Shown piece after piece: positions 26,701 through 37,852 of a stretch of 64,000 nucleotides of DNA. Position 1 is the first letter of the stretch; every line of letters begins with the position of its first letter. Under the pieces are notes generated by a model. The model was given only the letters and a program-made list of their open reading frames with translations, was not told the origin of the DNA and ran no database searches. This DNA is from Vicugna vicugna (lineage: Eukaryota), in the NCBI GenBank assembly GCA_013265495.1, contig MU057701.1, positions 744,001 through 808,000 of the forward strand, read 5' to 3'. Made by a program: the position numbers and the translations under genes.

Positions 26701-29506
26701 GGGGACATAGTGATAGGACTTCTGGAAAGATGTAAAACAGAACCATCATTTTATCCCCGGAACGCTCTGATGCAGCTTATCCAAACGCATGTGCTTTCTT
26801 ACAGGTAAATGTTTCTGTACACCAGGCTTCACATACATAACTCTTTTGACCTTGTTTTGTAGTTTACGGTTCTGATTTTCATACTCTGAAAAAGCCTTAC
26901 GAATCATTTGCAGTTGAGAGTTTCCTTAATATATAAAAGTAATTCATGTTTTTGGCCTTAGCTTGTGTCCTGGCTTAATGGAGATTGCCTTAGAAAAGAC
27001 AGATGTGCAGATGTTACAGCTGTGTCTACAGCAGTTCCCTGACATTCCTGAATCAGTCACCTGTGCTTGCTTAAAAATTTTCTTGGGGTAAGTTAGAAGC
27101 CAATGATCCTTTTCCTTCACTACACTTTTAATCTATTATATTATTTGATGTCTGAAACTTTGAAGGCTTAGAAAATGAAATTTTTCCAGTAAGTTCAAGT
27201 AGTGATAAGAATTAATTCCTTGTTTTCAATTATCATGATAGCATTGGTGATGACAGTCTTCAAGAAACAGATATCAATATGGAGTCAGTTTCTGACTATG
27301 CCAGTACTGTACAAGGTGAGAAGATGGAAGAGCAGGCTGAAATTCTTCAAAATGGCTTCAATCTGGAGGACGATAACTGTGAGAACTGTGCTCAGCAGTT
27401 AAGTGCAAAGCCTCAGGCGGCAGTGGAGGAGGCCGCTTTGTGCCCTGTTATACCGAAAAGAGCAGCCCTACTGTATCCTTTCAAACAGTTCCCCTTGTAT
27501 TATCTCTCCCCCAGGGATGTAGTCAAATGCCAAGCAATAACTAAGGAGCAATTAGATAATTTAAGATGTTTTTTACCTTTTTTCAGTTTTTTTCAGTTTC
27601 TGCTTGAAAATGGGTTACATTCAGTGCTATAGTCCAACAACTTATTTAAACCTTACTTCTTATTTAAGAAGCTGTACTAAGGTAGAAGCTCAGTCAGTTC
27701 TAAAAGTTAGTATACTGAATAAGTACCAATCATTTATTAGTCACTATTGCGAAGTTTTCCAGATGATCCCTAGTGACCAGGAGAATGTTCACTGATAGAG
27801 CTCTTCTAGAAAAGTTAAACTTTTGTATAAATTTAGAAAAATCGTTAGGGAAGAGAATTACTCGTAATTTTGTTAGAAAAGCCTTTATTTGTTGAAATAA
27901 GATTTTCCTTTATTCCTGAGTAGAAATGCAATTCTTCACTCAGCATATAGTGAAACGTTTCTTCTGCCTCATTTGAAAGGCATCCCAGCACAGCATATCA
28001 CTGTAAGTTCTTACAAATCCTAGAGAACTTTATTTCTACTTTAAATATTGCTGCTTAACTCTAACCAGCTTTTAGGGCATTCAAAAGGTTATAAAGTACT
28101 TTCATCTGAATAAGAGGTTTCCCAGCCATGATGGTGAACAGTGGTGCCTAGGAAACTAGAGTGATTTGGGGGAGGCAGAGCTTGACATGTTCCTGGTGCC
28201 AAGCCTGAGGGCCACGTTAATCTGTCTAAGTTATAAATGAGAAGAAGAAACTAAAAACAATTCCCCAGAGAAGGATTCTCTCTTCTCTACTTACTGTTGA
28301 TAAACAAAACCCTCCCAAACCAATTGAACTCCTCTGTCACAGCAGGGAAAGCATTTGATTCATTTTTGTGTCCCCAGATGTCCAGCATATTTATTTGATA
28401 GTGAAATTCAATAGTAGCTTCTTAAAATTCTTTCCAGTCTCATTGTTAGCTTTGTATGAAGAAAATTTTTCTATCAAATTGATAAATTGTCCTTTTTTCT
28501 CCCACTCAGCTATTTCTGCAGTATTTGTATTTCCTTTATCTGAAATGTAGTGAAAATGTTACTATGACTCTTCCTGGAATACACCCTCCAACCCTGAACC
28601 AGGTGAGATAGTCTTTTTCCTTTGATCTGATGCTGGGAAAAATCTGTTTAAAAAAAGGTTGTATACATAGTATCAGAATCTGGAATTCAGTAACCGGTTT
28701 CTCCTTGTCTCCTGGTCCCTATGACCCTCCTTCTTCACTGTATACCCAAACCACTGGAGTGGATCTGTCAATTTGGTAGATAGATTTTTCGAGCCATAAT
28801 TCTATACTAAAGAACTTAAATTCATCTTAAATTCCTGGTTCTTTATTGTGACCCTTTTCAAGAATTTCCTTAGCTTTGCAGGGAGAGGGGATAGTAAGTA
28901 TCCTCTTAATGATCTCCTAATAACCTAATAATCCCCAGTCCCTCTCAGAGGTGATCAGTATTAAGAGTTTCTTTCATGTCCAGAAATTTTCTTTCTATAC
29001 ACTTATTGTTCTCTTGTCTTTCTAATGCAAATTAGATAATAATGTACATGTTATTCTGCAGTTTGTTTTTTTCACTCAATACTATGTTTTACAAATTTTC
29101 TGCGTTAGTATACATCTGCTTCATTCTGTTTAACCCCTGCATACTATCTGATTTTATAGACATTGTTAGTCTGCTAGTCCCCTTTTGATTTACATTTTAA
29201 TTGTTTATAGTTTTTTGCTATTGCAAACAAACTTTCAGTGACCATCTTTATACAGATATTCTTGTATATTATGAGAGAACACCTGTTGGGTAAATTCCCA
29301 TTAGTGAAATTATTGGATAAAGGGTGCATGCATTTTTAGTTTTAAAAATGCCAGACACCTTTCCAAAGGGTTGTGACAAGAGGTACTGCTGCCAGCAAGG
29401 TCTGAGATCTTACTCTTTGCCAGACAGGTAACAAATAGGTGTTTTATTTTAATTTGCATTTCTTTGATGAGAGAGGTTGGCCATCTCTTCTTGCCTGTTT
29501 TATGTT

Positions 29507-29555
<49 letters not shown>

Positions 29556-30829
29556 TCCATTTTTCCATTGCATTTCCTGTTTTTTTCTTTTTGGCTTACT
29601 AATTATTCTTTGTATATTAAGGAAATTAGTTTATTTCTGTCAAATGTATTACAAATACTTTTTTTCTGATCATTCTCTTTAGTGTAATTTTTGCCATAAA
29701 TGAGTTTTATTGTCAAAACTGTTGAGCTTTTCCTTTATGGCTTCCTTATGGCTATATCATGCTTAAGGCCCTTCCCACTCTAAGGCTGTAAAAATAGCCA
29801 CCCTGTTTTTCCGTGATACATTCATGGTTTCCTTTTTCTGATTTTAACTCTTTGGTGCATATAAAATTTATTTTGGTGTGAGGAGTTACATAGGGATCTG
29901 CTTTCCCCCCTCCCCCCAAATGGATAATCAATTTCCTTAATGCTTTTCGTGACAGTGATATTTGCATGTTAACAACATTTGCTACCATGTGAAAATTTAG
30001 AACTACATACTTTAATAAATGTATAGTAATAATTTTATTTTGGCTCTTGGTAGCTCATGTATATTACACCATATTCTGTTCTTGGGGCATCATGTATCTT
30101 TCAGAGTAAGAGATGAGTAGGTTCTTTTTTTGTAACTGCCAGTAATTGTCAAAAAATTTTTTTTCTCAAATAAGTACTAACTCTCCCTTGGATTAAATAT
30201 CACTGTGGCTTTCTTTTTACTGGTTAATCCTATAAAAAATATCCAATTATGTTTGTAAAATGACAAGTATAAAAGCAGAAAAGAACCTTTTAAGATTGTT
30301 GAGAGTCCTTTATCTCTAAACTAAAACATTCAGGCTTTTGTTAAGATTTATTTTTCTTATAACTGGTAGAATTATGGACTTTGTAAAATGAATTAACCTA
30401 AAATTAAATTAAAATCTTAACTTTCCTTTTCCTGTTTATCTTCAGATTATGGATTGGATATGTCTACTGCTAGATGCTAATTTTACTGTTGTGGTAATGA
30501 TACCAGAAGCAAAAAGGCTATTGTTAAGTCTTTACAAGTTTGTGAAATCCCAGGTATGTAATTATTTGACATATACTCAATTCCATTTGTACCCAAGAAG
30601 CATCAAAATTACAATTTATTAAATTTTGCTTGGAATAGTTATAAGTCATTGCAGAGGATTTCATCATATATACAAGTCATGGTAAAAATTATTTTGGAAC
30701 TTTTTTCTTTAGATAAGCATTTGTTCGGAGCTCAACAAGATTGAAGTAGGTTTTCGTGAACTACAGAAATTAAATCAAGAAAAGAATAATAGAGAATTAT
30801 ATTCAATTGAAGTGCTGGAACTCTTCTGA
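11922..30829 (+). CDS. NOL11: Nucleolar protein 11 (SSU processome/t-UTP component), spliced CDS of 18 exons, 718 aa
   Basis: Exons joined manually: [10 protein letters not shown]...[21 protein letters not shown]...YSIEVLELF*; lengths 141,114,57,149,58,145,189,77,124,89,75,185,126,231,79,93,108,117 sum to 2157 with an open frame; N- and C-termini recognised as mammalian NOL11. Confidence 0.97.
12780..13598 (+). mobile_element. L1 ORF2 end + 3'UTR, 5'-truncated (NOL11 intron 1)
   Basis: caatgagataccacctcacacctgtcagaatggc...; A-rich tail; TSD-like cttgctatct/ctagctatct. Confidence 0.9.
14301..14414 (+). CDS. NOL11: NOL11 exon 2 ([38 protein letters not shown])
   Basis: ttcattag| acceptor, |gtgagt donor, in frame. 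Confidence 0.96.
14530..14586 (+). CDS. NOL11: NOL11 exon 3 ([19 protein letters not shown])
   Basis: ttaag| acceptor, |gtaagc donor. Confidence 0.95.
15720..15868 (+). CDS. NOL11: NOL11 exon 4 ([23 protein letters not shown]...SDEEVI)
   Basis: ttcttctag| acceptor, |gtaagt donor. Confidence 0.95.
17032..17089 (+). CDS. NOL11: NOL11 exon 5 ([19 protein letters not shown])
   Basis: polypyrimidine tract + ttttag|, |gtaagt. Confidence 0.95.
17669..17737. repeat. (TA)n(CA)n microsatellite
   Basis: Seen directly. Confidence 0.95.
17750..17888 (-). mobile_element. Vic-1-like SINE nested in an L1 3' end
   Basis: Reverse complement of the same SINE; flanked by accacat repeats. Confidence 0.85.
18237..18381 (+). 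CDS. NOL11: NOL11 exon 6 ([19 protein letters not shown]...FISLMSL)
   Basis: ttttgcag|, |gtaagt. Confidence 0.95.
19761..19949 (+). CDS. NOL11: NOL11 exon 7 ([21 protein letters not shown]...PPLPTSK)
   Basis: gcaacag|, AAAG|gtaact; phase fits neighbours. Confidence 0.94.
21182..22368 (+). mobile_element. L1 ORF2 C-terminal part + 3'UTR, degenerate (NOL11 intron 7)
   Basis: Translation [35 protein letters not shown] is L1 ORF2; ends in cttcaataaaaa. Confidence 0.92.
22636..22712 (+). CDS. NOL11: NOL11 exon 8 ([25 protein letters not shown])
   Basis: ttttacag|, |gtaagt. Confidence 0.95.
23595..23703 (-). mobile_element. Vic-1-like SINE
   Basis: gtactgggggctgaccccaggacctc...tgctaagcatgcactctgccactgagcta. 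Confidence 0.8.
23746..23872 (+). mobile_element. Vic-1-like SINE
   Basis: Full head and tail; TSD aaacttttatgagt/aaatttttatgagt. Confidence 0.85.
24134..24257 (+). CDS. NOL11: NOL11 exon 9 ([41 protein letters not shown])
   Basis: ttttgtag|, CAG|gtagga. Confidence 0.95.
24355..24962 (-). mobile_element. L1 3' end, chimeric-tail type
   Basis: TSD-like atagcctttctt/atagcctgttctt; L1 3'UTR motifs. Confidence 0.85.
25382..25470 (+). CDS. NOL11: NOL11 exon 10 ([29 protein letters not shown])
   Basis: tttcttag|, |gtaagt. Confidence 0.94.
25924..25998 (+). CDS. NOL11: NOL11 exon 11 ([25 protein letters not shown])
   Basis: ttccag|, AAG|gtaaat. Confidence 0.94.
26018..26150 (+). mobile_element. 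Vic-1-like SINE about 20 nt downstream of exon 11 donor
   Basis: ggagggtatagctcagtggtagagtgcatgcttagca...gggttgaatcccca. Confidence 0.85.
26620..26804 (+). CDS. NOL11: NOL11 exon 12 ([24 protein letters not shown]...QTHVLSY)
   Basis: ccctttcag|, CAG|gtaaat. Confidence 0.95.
26962..27087 (+). CDS. NOL11: NOL11 exon 13 ([41 protein letters not shown])
   Basis: ccttag|, |gtaagt. Confidence 0.95.
27242..27472 (+). CDS. NOL11: NOL11 exon 14 ([18 protein letters not shown]...[10 protein letters not shown])
   Basis: atgatag|; ends at U12-type donor |GTATCCTTT. Confidence 0.93.
27473..27923 (+). other. U12-type (minor spliceosome) GT-AG intron, NOL11 intron 14
   Basis: 5' end GTATCCTTT matches the U12 donor consensus; TTTTCCTTTAT branch-like motif ~11 nt before AG, no long polypyrimidine tract after it. 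Confidence 0.9.
27924..28002 (+). CDS. NOL11: NOL11 exon 15 ([26 protein letters not shown])
   Basis: gagtag| preceded by U12-like branch sequence; |gtaagt. Confidence 0.94.
28510..28602 (+). CDS. NOL11: NOL11 exon 16 ([31 protein letters not shown])
   Basis: cccactcag|, CAG|gtgaga. Confidence 0.95.
28890..29960 (-). mobile_element. Ancient L1 (L1ME-like) fragments in intron 16, including a T46 run at 29509-29554
   Basis: Degenerate L1 motifs ttttaatttgcatttctttgat, aaggcccttcccactctaagg. Confidence 0.6.
30446..30553 (+). CDS. NOL11: NOL11 exon 17 ([36 protein letters not shown])
   Basis: tcttcag|, CAG|gtatgt. Confidence 0.95.
30713..30829 (+). CDS. NOL11: NOL11 exon 18, last coding exon ([38 protein letters not shown])
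   Basis: ttctttag|; TGA stop at 30827-30829. Confidence 0.95.
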   Translation: MSICSELNKIEVGFRELQKLNQEKNNRELYSIEVLELF

Positions 30830-31147
30830 TATTACCAGTTCTCCTTCATAGATGTTTTATGAAGCTCTTTTACGTGAATTCTTCCTATTCATCCAGGCAA
30901 GAGATGTTTTGTTTATGACTGTTTCTCAGCGACAAGAGAAATGTGTTGGCAAGTACCTGGACCATCACTTATTGGTGCTCCCAGGTCAGACTGGAGGGGT
31001 TACATGAACCTATTCTAGGTTATGAACATTGGTGGTGAGAGGTTCTGGAACTTTTTAAAAATGTTGACTGAGCTGCTTTTAAGTAAACTTATTTGTGTAT
31101 TGATAAAAGTTTAATTTCTTACCATGTGTTTGAATAGTTCTTCTTTT

Positions 31148-31153
31148 AATAAA
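31148..31153 (+). terminator. Probable NOL11 polyadenylation signal AATAAA
   Basis: First canonical AATAAA about 320 nt after the stop codon. Confidence 0.65.
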
Positions 31154-32209
31154 TCACCACCGAAACAGTGATTCTAGGAAGAATGTAGTTTTTATCAGAG
31201 CTCATCTGTGTTCATGGGTGACGGAAGAGGTCAGGTCCACAAGCAGGGCGGGAGGGGTCCTTGTCCAGCATGTGCTTGTCTTCTGCCGTTTTCTCCTGCT
31301 TTACCTGCTCCCACTCACCTTCTTACATACCCAGGGTTGAATAGTACCTCTTTATATACTTTATCCCTTAGATTATGCTATGATTAGATGATAATTTCAG
31401 TTATAAAATGTGTCTCTAAGTAGTAAAAAAAAAATTCTCTTCTGAAAATAAGTTTATAGGTTGATTAACCATACAGTTTCCTATTTTAACTCTAAATTTT
31501 AGGATTTCGAACAAATGAAAGGTTTTATGTAGAAGAAATGGGTAATTTGGTTTCTTAAAAAAAAACCTCAAATTTATTTTTGTCAAAAGTGAAATAACTT
31601 TTACAAGTGATGAGTTAATGTTTCCCAAAAGTAACTTGAAAGCTCTGTTGAGTAAATCCTTTAGAAACTTGTTTTAACCTGAAGGGTTACAATATATTAA
31701 AAAAAAAAACAAAACCTGAAATTCTACTGCATAAATGTAAGTTCAGGTGTGGTTCTAGAGCCTACATTTATAGAATCCTGATGGCTTAGTTTAATTTGCA
31801 TTAGAGAAAGGCTTCATTTTAGGCTAGGCACTCTATATAACCCTTCGTTACAACTATGGCAGTTAATAAACAAGTTCTCCTCAGTCATTCTTCATCTCTC
31901 TTTAATCCTGAGAGAAAAGAAATATCAAAGATAACAGCATGTATTAACTGTCATGCTCATTTCATATAATGGGACCTTTTGCTCAGACAATTTAAAATAA
32001 TACAGTACTTCTCAGCAGAAATGAAAAATGCAGGTCTCCTTAGTGTTTGTCCTTTTATCTTTTTTGTGAACCACTTAAGAAGTACTAGCAGACACCGACT
32101 TAAAATGGTGGGTCCCTAAGGTTTTCTTAAAACTTTGAGCTTTGCAGTAGAAAACCCATTATGATTTAGAGATCCTTTTATAAGGATCCTTTTATAAGAT
32201 TATTCAGAG

Positions 32210-32360
32210 TGGGAGGGTATAGCTCAAGTGGTAGAGTGCATGCTTAGCACACGTGAGGTCTTGGGTTCAATCCCCAGTACTTCCGTTAAAAGTAAATAAA
32301 CCTAATTACCTCCCCTCCCCACCAAAATTAAATAATACAATAATAAATTAAATTTTAAAA
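32210..32360 (+). mobile_element. Vic-1-like SINE
   Basis: Full length; TSD aagattattcag/aagattactcag. Confidence 0.88.
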
Positions 32361-33459
32361 GAAGATTACTCAGGATTTTCACACTTTTTAGACTATGGGT
32401 TATTTATGATTTAATTTATAAGAACCCATAATTAAGAGATAAATCTGATTGATTTGTGAATTCTTTCAGCCAAAGTAAACAAGCAAATGAAACTCAGTAA
32501 TGATCAGTTCATAGATTGACATTTTGCTCTTCATGACTCCTGATTTAATTGCACTTGAAGGGGGCTTCTGCAGTGATAACTTGCCTGGTCAGGGCTCAAA
32601 CAAATAAAGGCCTTTGAGCAGGGAGAGGCCAGAAGAAGCAGCCCTGTGCCCTCAGTTTTTTGTCTATATGGACAGAGCTTCTATGTAGGATCCTTACGAA
32701 GTCTGCTTTGTAAAGTTTAATAATTTGGTTGTAATTATGGAAGCAAATTACTGATTCTGAAGTAGAAAAATTTAATTGCTTTCAAGTATTAGTTACAAAT
32801 TGTCTCTAGGTTGCCTGCAGTCTAAGTTAAACTAAATTTAGAAATTAAATAAGGATTTTATAAGGATACAGAGAGGATTTTTTTTTTTTTTTGAGGTATA
32901 ATTGACAAAAGACTCTTATAGACTGAGTTCTTCAAGGCAAGGGCTGTGTCTCACGCTTTCTCCACACTAAGCACAGGACTGCTGGCACATAGTCAGTGTT
33001 CAGTAAATGGTTACTGAATAAAATGACTGAATAGTAGAATTTATCTGTCCAACTGTAGAGTAATAATTCTGAGGGTTTGCAATAGTTACTTTTTCTGAAA
33101 AGTGAATGATTTGTGTTCACCCCATATAAGCAGTCTGTCTTCTGCCTCTAGACTTTTATTTTTTATAACTAAATTATAATTCACATTTGTTCCTGATTAG
33201 ATATGCTCCATCTATATAATAATAAAAGAGCTGTTCTTTAAACTAGGTTTTCCGTCTAGGAAATGGTTTCCTGCTGTAAGCTTAATGTTTTTTGAGGGAA
33301 ATGCAGGCTAACAGGTTACCATTACTACTTAAAATTACACATTTGCTTGCTTTTTGCCTCTTTAGCCTTCTTTATAAATAGTTGGTAACTATAACTACAG
33401 TGGAGTCCATTCTGGATCATAGAGAATTTTAAAATAAAGATGGATTTTTTTGCCCCAGC

Positions 33460-34290
33460 TCTTTTTTAAATATTTTAATCATAAAAAACTTGCAAGAAAA
33501 AACAATGAACACTTCCATATCCTTGATAAATTTACCTATTAGTAACATTTTACCATGCTAGTTTTACATTGTCTCTATATTTTTTCTTTTTTTCCTGAAT
33601 TATTTGAGAGTTATTTGCAAACATTGAGATTAATCCCATAATTCAGTTTAATCCAATAAATACTTAAATTTAATCCTGTAAAACAAGGGCATTAATTTAC
33701 ATGACCACATGCAATTATCAAATTCAGGAAATGAATGTTAATACAGTACTGTTTAGAATAATTCCAGTCCTTATTCAGATTTCCACAATTGTCCCAGTAA
33801 TGTCTTTTATAATTGGACTTTCTCCTTCCTAAAATCCATTCAAGGGTCATGGCATTGCATTTAGTTTTCATGTTTCTTTAATCTAGAACAGTTCCCTAGA
33901 TAATTGCATTTCTGAAGAATCTAGGCCAGTTATTTTGCAGAATGTCCCTCAGTTTGGATTTGTCTCGTTTCCACATGACTAGATTCAGATTAAACATTTC
34001 TGGCAAGAAAGCTGCAGAGAAGGCACAGCATCAGGAGGCATTGATGTGAGTTGTCCCATCAATGGTGACATTAAATTGGATCACTTAATTAAGGTAGGGC
34101 TTATCAGACGGCCTCTCTCTAAAGGTACCTTTTCCCTTTGTATTTCATAAGTAACCTGTGTATTTATCTTTGATGCTGTGAATATCCCATTCTGGAGTAT
34201 TGTGCTTCCCAACAGTGGTTTTAAATCCATTGGTAATTTTTGCCTGAATTAGTTATTACTTTGGTGGTGATTATGGTTGCAAATGTAAAA
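33460..34290 (-). mobile_element. Ancient L1 (L1MC-like) 3' region
   Basis: gaagaatctaggccagttattttgcagaatgtccctcagtttggatttgtct motif. Confidence 0.65.
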
Positions 34291-37200
34291 ATTGGGCATA
34301 AATTTCGATGTAAAATGGAATGCTGTGTGCCATATAGCCGCCATTCTCATCTCCTCAGTCTGCTTCCCAGTCTATAGGTGGATGAGCAGATAAATGGATG
34401 GAGATATTTCACAGATTTGAATAGTTATAATCACACTGAGCATACAATGTGTGGTCTACTTTTTTCACTTAATATTTTCATAAAAACATGTTTTTACATA
34501 GTTAAAATATTTGATTCTTAAAACAAAAGTTTCTGACCCAGAAAACTAGAGCTGAGATGCCTTACCAGGAATTTATTCATAAATGTTAAGTGTCTTACCC
34601 AGTTCCCACAATTTTATTCTAGCAAAGCTGAAATATGATACTAGATCATACTCTTCCACTTCCTTTAATCATCATCATCATAATTTTGGGACACTTTGGA
34701 AAGCATACTCACATGAATGGGACTTTTGGAATGCTTACATTTGCTACTGACAAATTTCTTAAGGAAAAAACTACTCAAAATTCTTAACAACTTTTTTGAA
34801 GAGACAGCATCATTTAAAAGTACTTCCCCAGAGCGTTTTCATCTCTAAGAAAGCAGTGTACTATTATTAAAGGGGTTTTAAATAAATGTCTCTTACAATT
34901 ACCTTATTAGTTTCAGATCAAATCCTAAGACTTTTTTTACCTAGCTTAACACAGCAAATAATTATATAGAATTGTACTTTTAGTGTATTAGATTTTTGAT
35001 TTGTGATACATTTCAGATCCTAGTTGCTATGATATTCTCTGCTCATTTTTAGACTTAGAATATAAAATGGTTTTGTTTTTTAAAGATGCGTTTTAACAAG
35101 TAAAACATTACATTTGTGTACTTACCATTTAAACATGTAATATATTTATAATATGTAATATATAAGCTACTATCTATTACATTATATAGCAATTACTATG
35201 TGCCTGCCATTGTTTTAAATGCTTTATAAATATTAATTGATTTAATTTCTTGAGCCTGCTTATCAATTCCACGAAGTGGACTTTACTGTTGTGGAAATTG
35301 AAGCACAGACCAGTAGGGTAACCTTCCAAGTTCACATAGCTAGTAACTATCAGGATTTGAACCCAGCCAGCTCCAGCATTAGTACTCCTAACCCTGTACT
35401 CTGTCCTGTGCTGCCTCTTAATCGCTGCTACACTTATGCTACATAGCTGTCAGATCTATAATTTGGAGTTCAATCTTAGGAATATAACTCCTAATTGTCA
35501 TTTAATTTTATGTAGGAAATATCTACCTCATGGTAGTCCTCCTTGGGATAAAATTTACAAGAACACCTTGTGACAGTAAACCGATGCCATTCGTATAATG
35601 CGTAAAAGATTATGTAATAGATTCTAAATATCTATAACATGAGTATGCAGATTAGTAGAAAGCATTATTACTCCAAAACCTAGCAAATTTTCTCATCAAA
35701 CATGGAATACCTTGAATTGTGTTCATATTAGGCATAGAATCAAAACTGAGTAAGTCTGGAATAAACAAAAGTGAATTTGTCTAAGGATGAAAGAATGATT
35801 TGAATCAGGGAGGAAAAAATGTAGGAAACCAAAAAATAATACTGCCCTGGAAGGGAGAGCGGAGTCTACAAGAGGGACACATTGTTGCCAAAAAGAAAAC
35901 TTTTAATTATTTTTCTACTTTTTAGTTCTGTACTCAGCAAGCAGTTGACACTGATTTGCTTTCCCAGAAACACAAATTCCTTGGTATAGGAAGTGATGAG
36001 GTAATTACAGTTTCCTATAATCCTTATACATTAACAAATTGAAATTCTTCTCTAAAAATGTAATTTCATATGAATCTAATTATCCTTGGCTATTTTTTAT
36101 TTGTGGGTAAATTTTTTGATATGGGTCATCAGTGCCAAATTTGTCATGCATTGTTGTGATATATTCAGACCTCAGGACTTGCAACATTTATTTCTTCTGG
36201 TTTGTCTGGATATTTTGTTGCTTTACTGTTAAGTGTCTCATATTTTACATTGTACATCAGGTAAGGTATAGTTAGACTTTTTATTTTACTTTAAAATGAA
36301 CGTGGATACCAAGTGCTTCAAATATATGCTAGAAGAAAGAAAGGCTCTTGGCTTTGCACAGACCACGTACACCATCCCTGTTTCATTACTAGGTTGGGCA
36401 GTAGCATGTAACATGCAGCAGTATAAGCACCATAAGATGAAATTTGCAACATTTTTAACAGTTTGATTGCTGCGTGATTCCCATAAGAAAATCAGGAGGC
36501 TTAAGGCTTCTGTAACCTTTGGTGTAAAGCTTTTAATTTATTTATACACTGCCTCTCAAGCAAAGAGAAGTGTACTATAAAACAGTGTAACAGAAATAGC
36601 AAATTAGGCCTAGGAAAGGTGGACACAAATATGGTAACTACAGAAGTCAAGAAAATGCAAATTTAACCTCACAAAGACTTTACCTATTTATATCTTTAAA
36701 CTTTTAACTTTAAAGGTTCCTCCTCTTTTTTTTTCTTTTTTCTTCACATTGTGGAGAATTTCAAACATACAAAAGTAGACAGGAGTTTATAATGAATCCC
36801 ATGTATGTATCACCCATCTCCAACATTTATCAGTGTTTTCCCAGTCCTGTTTCATCTACACCTCCGCCTGCTTCCCCTGCCCATATTATCCCAGACATTA
36901 GATAATTTCATCTCTGTATATTTCAGTTACTCATTTACTTTTACAAGTTGCTTGAATCAGGACAAGTGGAATTTATACATTATGGTGATTGGTAAGTCTC
37001 ATGACTTTCAGTCTACGGGTTTTGTTACCATCTCTTATTTATTTTTTTCTTTCTTGGGAAATTAGGTCATTTGTCCTGTAGAATTTCCAGTCTGGGTTTT
37101 GCTGATTATTTCCCCATAGTATCATTTTTTACATTCTTCTGAATTTGTATTCCCTCTAAATTGGTATTTGGACCTAGAGACTTTATGAGACTCTGGTTCC

Positions 37201-37454
37201 TTTGGATTGCAGTGCACAGTTTTAAATGAATTATTGAACCCTTTCAGGATACCATAAATATAAATTAATAAAAGTTTACTTAATGATGAGTGTGTGTTTG
37301 AGTTGATTGTGTTTCAAAAACCTGTATGTTTATTCCCTAGGATTTCAGAGGAAGTTTTGCCTGTATCTACACTTTAAACAGATAGTACTGTTTCTGTTGT
37401 GGTTTTTTTTTTCTTTTTTCCTTTTTTAATTCATTTATGTATTTATTTTACAAT

Positions 37455-37852
37455 ATATTTTTTAAATTGAAGTGTAGTCGATGTACAATATTATGTGTTA
37501 CAGGTATACAATATAGTGATCCCCAAGTTTTAAAGGTTATACTTCATTTATAGTTACGATAAAATATTGGCTATATTCCCATGTTGTACAATACATTCTT
37601 GTAGCTTATTTTATACCTGGTAGTTTGTACATCTTAATCCGCCACCTCCAACTTGCCCCTCCTCCTTCCCTCTCCCCACTGGTAACCACTAGTTCCTTCT
37701 CTACGTCAGTTTGAGTCTGCTTCTTTTCTATTATATTCACTAGTTTGTTGTATTTTTTTAGACTCCTCATGAAAGCGATATCTTACAGTATCTGTCTTTC
37801 TCTGCCTGACTTATTTCACTTAGCACAGTGCCCTCCCAGTCCATCCATGCTG
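37455..37852 (-). mobile_element. L1 3' end
   Basis: Reverse complement of the tail seen at 13400-13600 and 22100-22368. Confidence 0.85.

Noticed and set aside
29310..29682. Poly-Lys/poly-Phe ORFs
   Set aside because: Produced by the T46 homopolymer at 29509-29554.
28603..30445. SNORA38B, which I recall lying in a human NOL11 intron
   Set aside because: No stretch resembling the recalled SNORA38 sequence seen here or in other introns; an Rfam/Infernal scan would be decisive.
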